Source of the DNA: Candidatus Undivivens industriae
GTDB lineage: Bacteria; Omnitrophota; Gorgyraeia; Gygaellales; Profunditerraquicolaceae
Assembly: GCA_012514745.1 (NCBI GenBank)
Contig: JAAYZR010000010.1
Coordinates: 1,401 to 65,400 of the forward strand
Direction of reading: 5' to 3'
Length of the DNA stretch: 64,000 bases
Shown here: positions 62,968-64,000 of the stretch, piece after piece
Position numbering within the stretch: position 1 is the first letter of the stretch
Layout of the letters: each line of letters begins with the position of its first letter
The notes under the pieces: model-generated
Told to the model about the DNA's origin: nothing
What the model saw: only the letters and a program-made list of their open reading frames with translations
Database searches by the model: none
Made by a program: the position numbers and the translations under genes

Positions 62968-63165
62968 GTAACCAACCTGCCTCTCCTTCAAGGCAAGGTG
63001 TTCCCCGCAAGGGAACACTTGCCCAATTCCCCACAAGGGCAAGGTGTTATTCCTATTGGCCAAGGTATAACACAGCGGTGTATACTTGGCCTTCCGATAG
63101 GCCAAGGTACAACCCGGGTTTTAACCCGGGGATTTATGGGCAAGGGGATTAAAAAACCGGGAAAT
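62968..63165. repeat. hairpin-rich structured repeat element, upstream copy (between the msbA-like start and lpxB)
   Basis: Same element as 60826-61073, with one 47-nt unit instead of two. Confidence 0.75.
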
Positions 63166-63584
63166 GGTATCGTCCCCCGGCATCATCACGAACATATAGC
63201 TAAAATATACTAACACACTACCTTCCGGCTGTCGAGAAATAAAACCAAATAGAATTGGGGAGTAGAACATAGCCGATATGGGGTAAAAATAAGGCCTCAA
63301 GAACTAAAGAAAGTGAAGCCGAATATTTTTATCGAGTCCCCGCATATACTCCCGGCCTCGCGCACTGTTCTATCTTCCTGAACTCTATCTTATTCACTTA
63401 TCGCCCCAAGCTGTCCGTTCCGGACGGATGAAACTTTCCCCGCCGCGAAGGATAACGGCCGAAGCTCCTTTTTCCCCCGGCTTTTCCCCCGGCGGCAAAA
63501 TACATTTGCCAAGGGAACCCGTATTTGCTATGATAATGCTCGTCTTAACCGATAATGTCATAACACCGACCGCAGCGCCTTATA

Positions 63585-64000
63585 ATGAAAAACACCTCTC
63601 CCAGAATACTGGTCGTCTCCGGAGAAGCATCCGGAGATATGTACGCAGCCGAGCTTATCAAGGAGATCCGCAAACATCTCCCTTCCACCCATTTCTACGG
63701 ACTGGGAGGAGAGAAGTCCAGGCTTGCCGGCATGGAAATCATCGCGGAAATGACCGCTCTCTCCGTAGTGGGCTTTGCGGAAGTATTACAAAAACTGCAC
63801 AAAATCAAAGCCGTTTTTAATAAAATCCTCTCTGTCTCCTCCTCCCTGCGCCCTGATGCCGCCATACTTATAGACTACCCCGGGTTCAATCTAAGACTGG
63901 CGGCTAAACTGAAAAAAATCGGTATCCCGGTCATTTATTACGTCAGTCCGCAGATATGGGCGTGGGGAGCCGGCCGCATAAAAACCATCCGCCGCAACGT
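63585..64000 (+). CDS. lpxB: lipid-A-disaccharide synthase (N-terminal part; continues beyond the window end)
   Basis: The protein starts MKNTSPRILVVSGEASGDMYAAELIKEI, matching the LpxB N-terminus (GETSGD motif). No stop lies inside the window, so it is absent from the ORF track. Confidence 0.8.
   Translation, partial: MKNTSPRILVVSGEASGDMYAAELIKEIRKHLPSTHFYGLGGEKSRLAGMEIIAEMTALSVVGFAEVLQKLHKIKAVFNKILSVSSSLRPDAAILIDYPGFNLRLAAKLKKIGIPVIYYVSPQIWAWGAGRIKTIRRN

Noticed and set aside
62920-63105. N-terminal 62 codons of the msbA-like ORF as called in the ORF track (MAYRKAKYTPLCYTLANRNNTLPLWGIGQVFP...)
   Set aside because: This stretch is a translation of the upstream repeat element. The same peptide recurs in two other repeat-derived ORFs. 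ABC exporters of this family begin at the MRDYLRLFRFVKPYW-type motif (62919).
60826-63165. CRISPR array interpretation of the repeated hairpin units
   Set aside because: The units abut directly with no unique spacers. There are only 2-3 units per site, and no cas genes are present. The units are imperfect and contain larger non-repeated hairpin modules.

Overview
This 64 kb window comes from a high-GC (about 58%) bacterium that is probably diderm, because lipid-A genes are present (lpxB, and an msbA-like exporter). Almost the whole window is one block of genes on the minus strand, about 62 kb long, with only a csp gene and the start of lpxB on the plus strand. The block carries:
- glyA-rpiB and a fused tsaC/LMW-phosphatase gene
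- a purine cluster: purE, purD, purM, purF, purQ, a fused purS-purS-purL, and purB, with a LOG-family gene and an SPFH gene inserted
- tRNA-Phe
- a lipoprotein / NSS transporter / lipoprotein module
- a GH1 beta-glucosidase translationally coupled to a three-domain protein (cNMP-binding, ParA-like, patatin phospholipase)
- the N-terminal half only of carB, then carA and pyrG
- an archaeal-type GltS-like flavoprotein
- a MetE-like methyltransferase / Zn-ribbon / ybaB triplet
- ccdA, tlpA, cutA, pgeF, rmuC, ttcA, cstA, malQ, pilD and aroE
- a leuA-ilvC-ilvN-ilvB-ilvD cluster
- fba, pfkA, ahcY and metK
- a regulatory PTS (ptsI, ptsH, ptsN) with a membrane-anchored YvcK-like protein
- tRNA-Gly, tRNA-Leu and tRNA-Lys
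- frr-pyrH-tsf-rpsB
- an msbA-like ABC exporter

Several non-coding signals stand out:
1. A promoter-driven, terminator-bounded structured RNA of about 209 nt lies just upstream of the GH1 / cNMP-patatin operon. Its 5' half has the GGYAAACC...GAAA...GGRCGCAAAGCC layout of c-di-GMP-I (GEMM) riboswitches.
2. A family of hairpin-rich, covarying repeat elements (200-250 nt) flanks the msbA-like gene.
3. Short conserved motifs occur in several gene leaders, and a 22-bp inverted repeat brackets tRNA-Lys.
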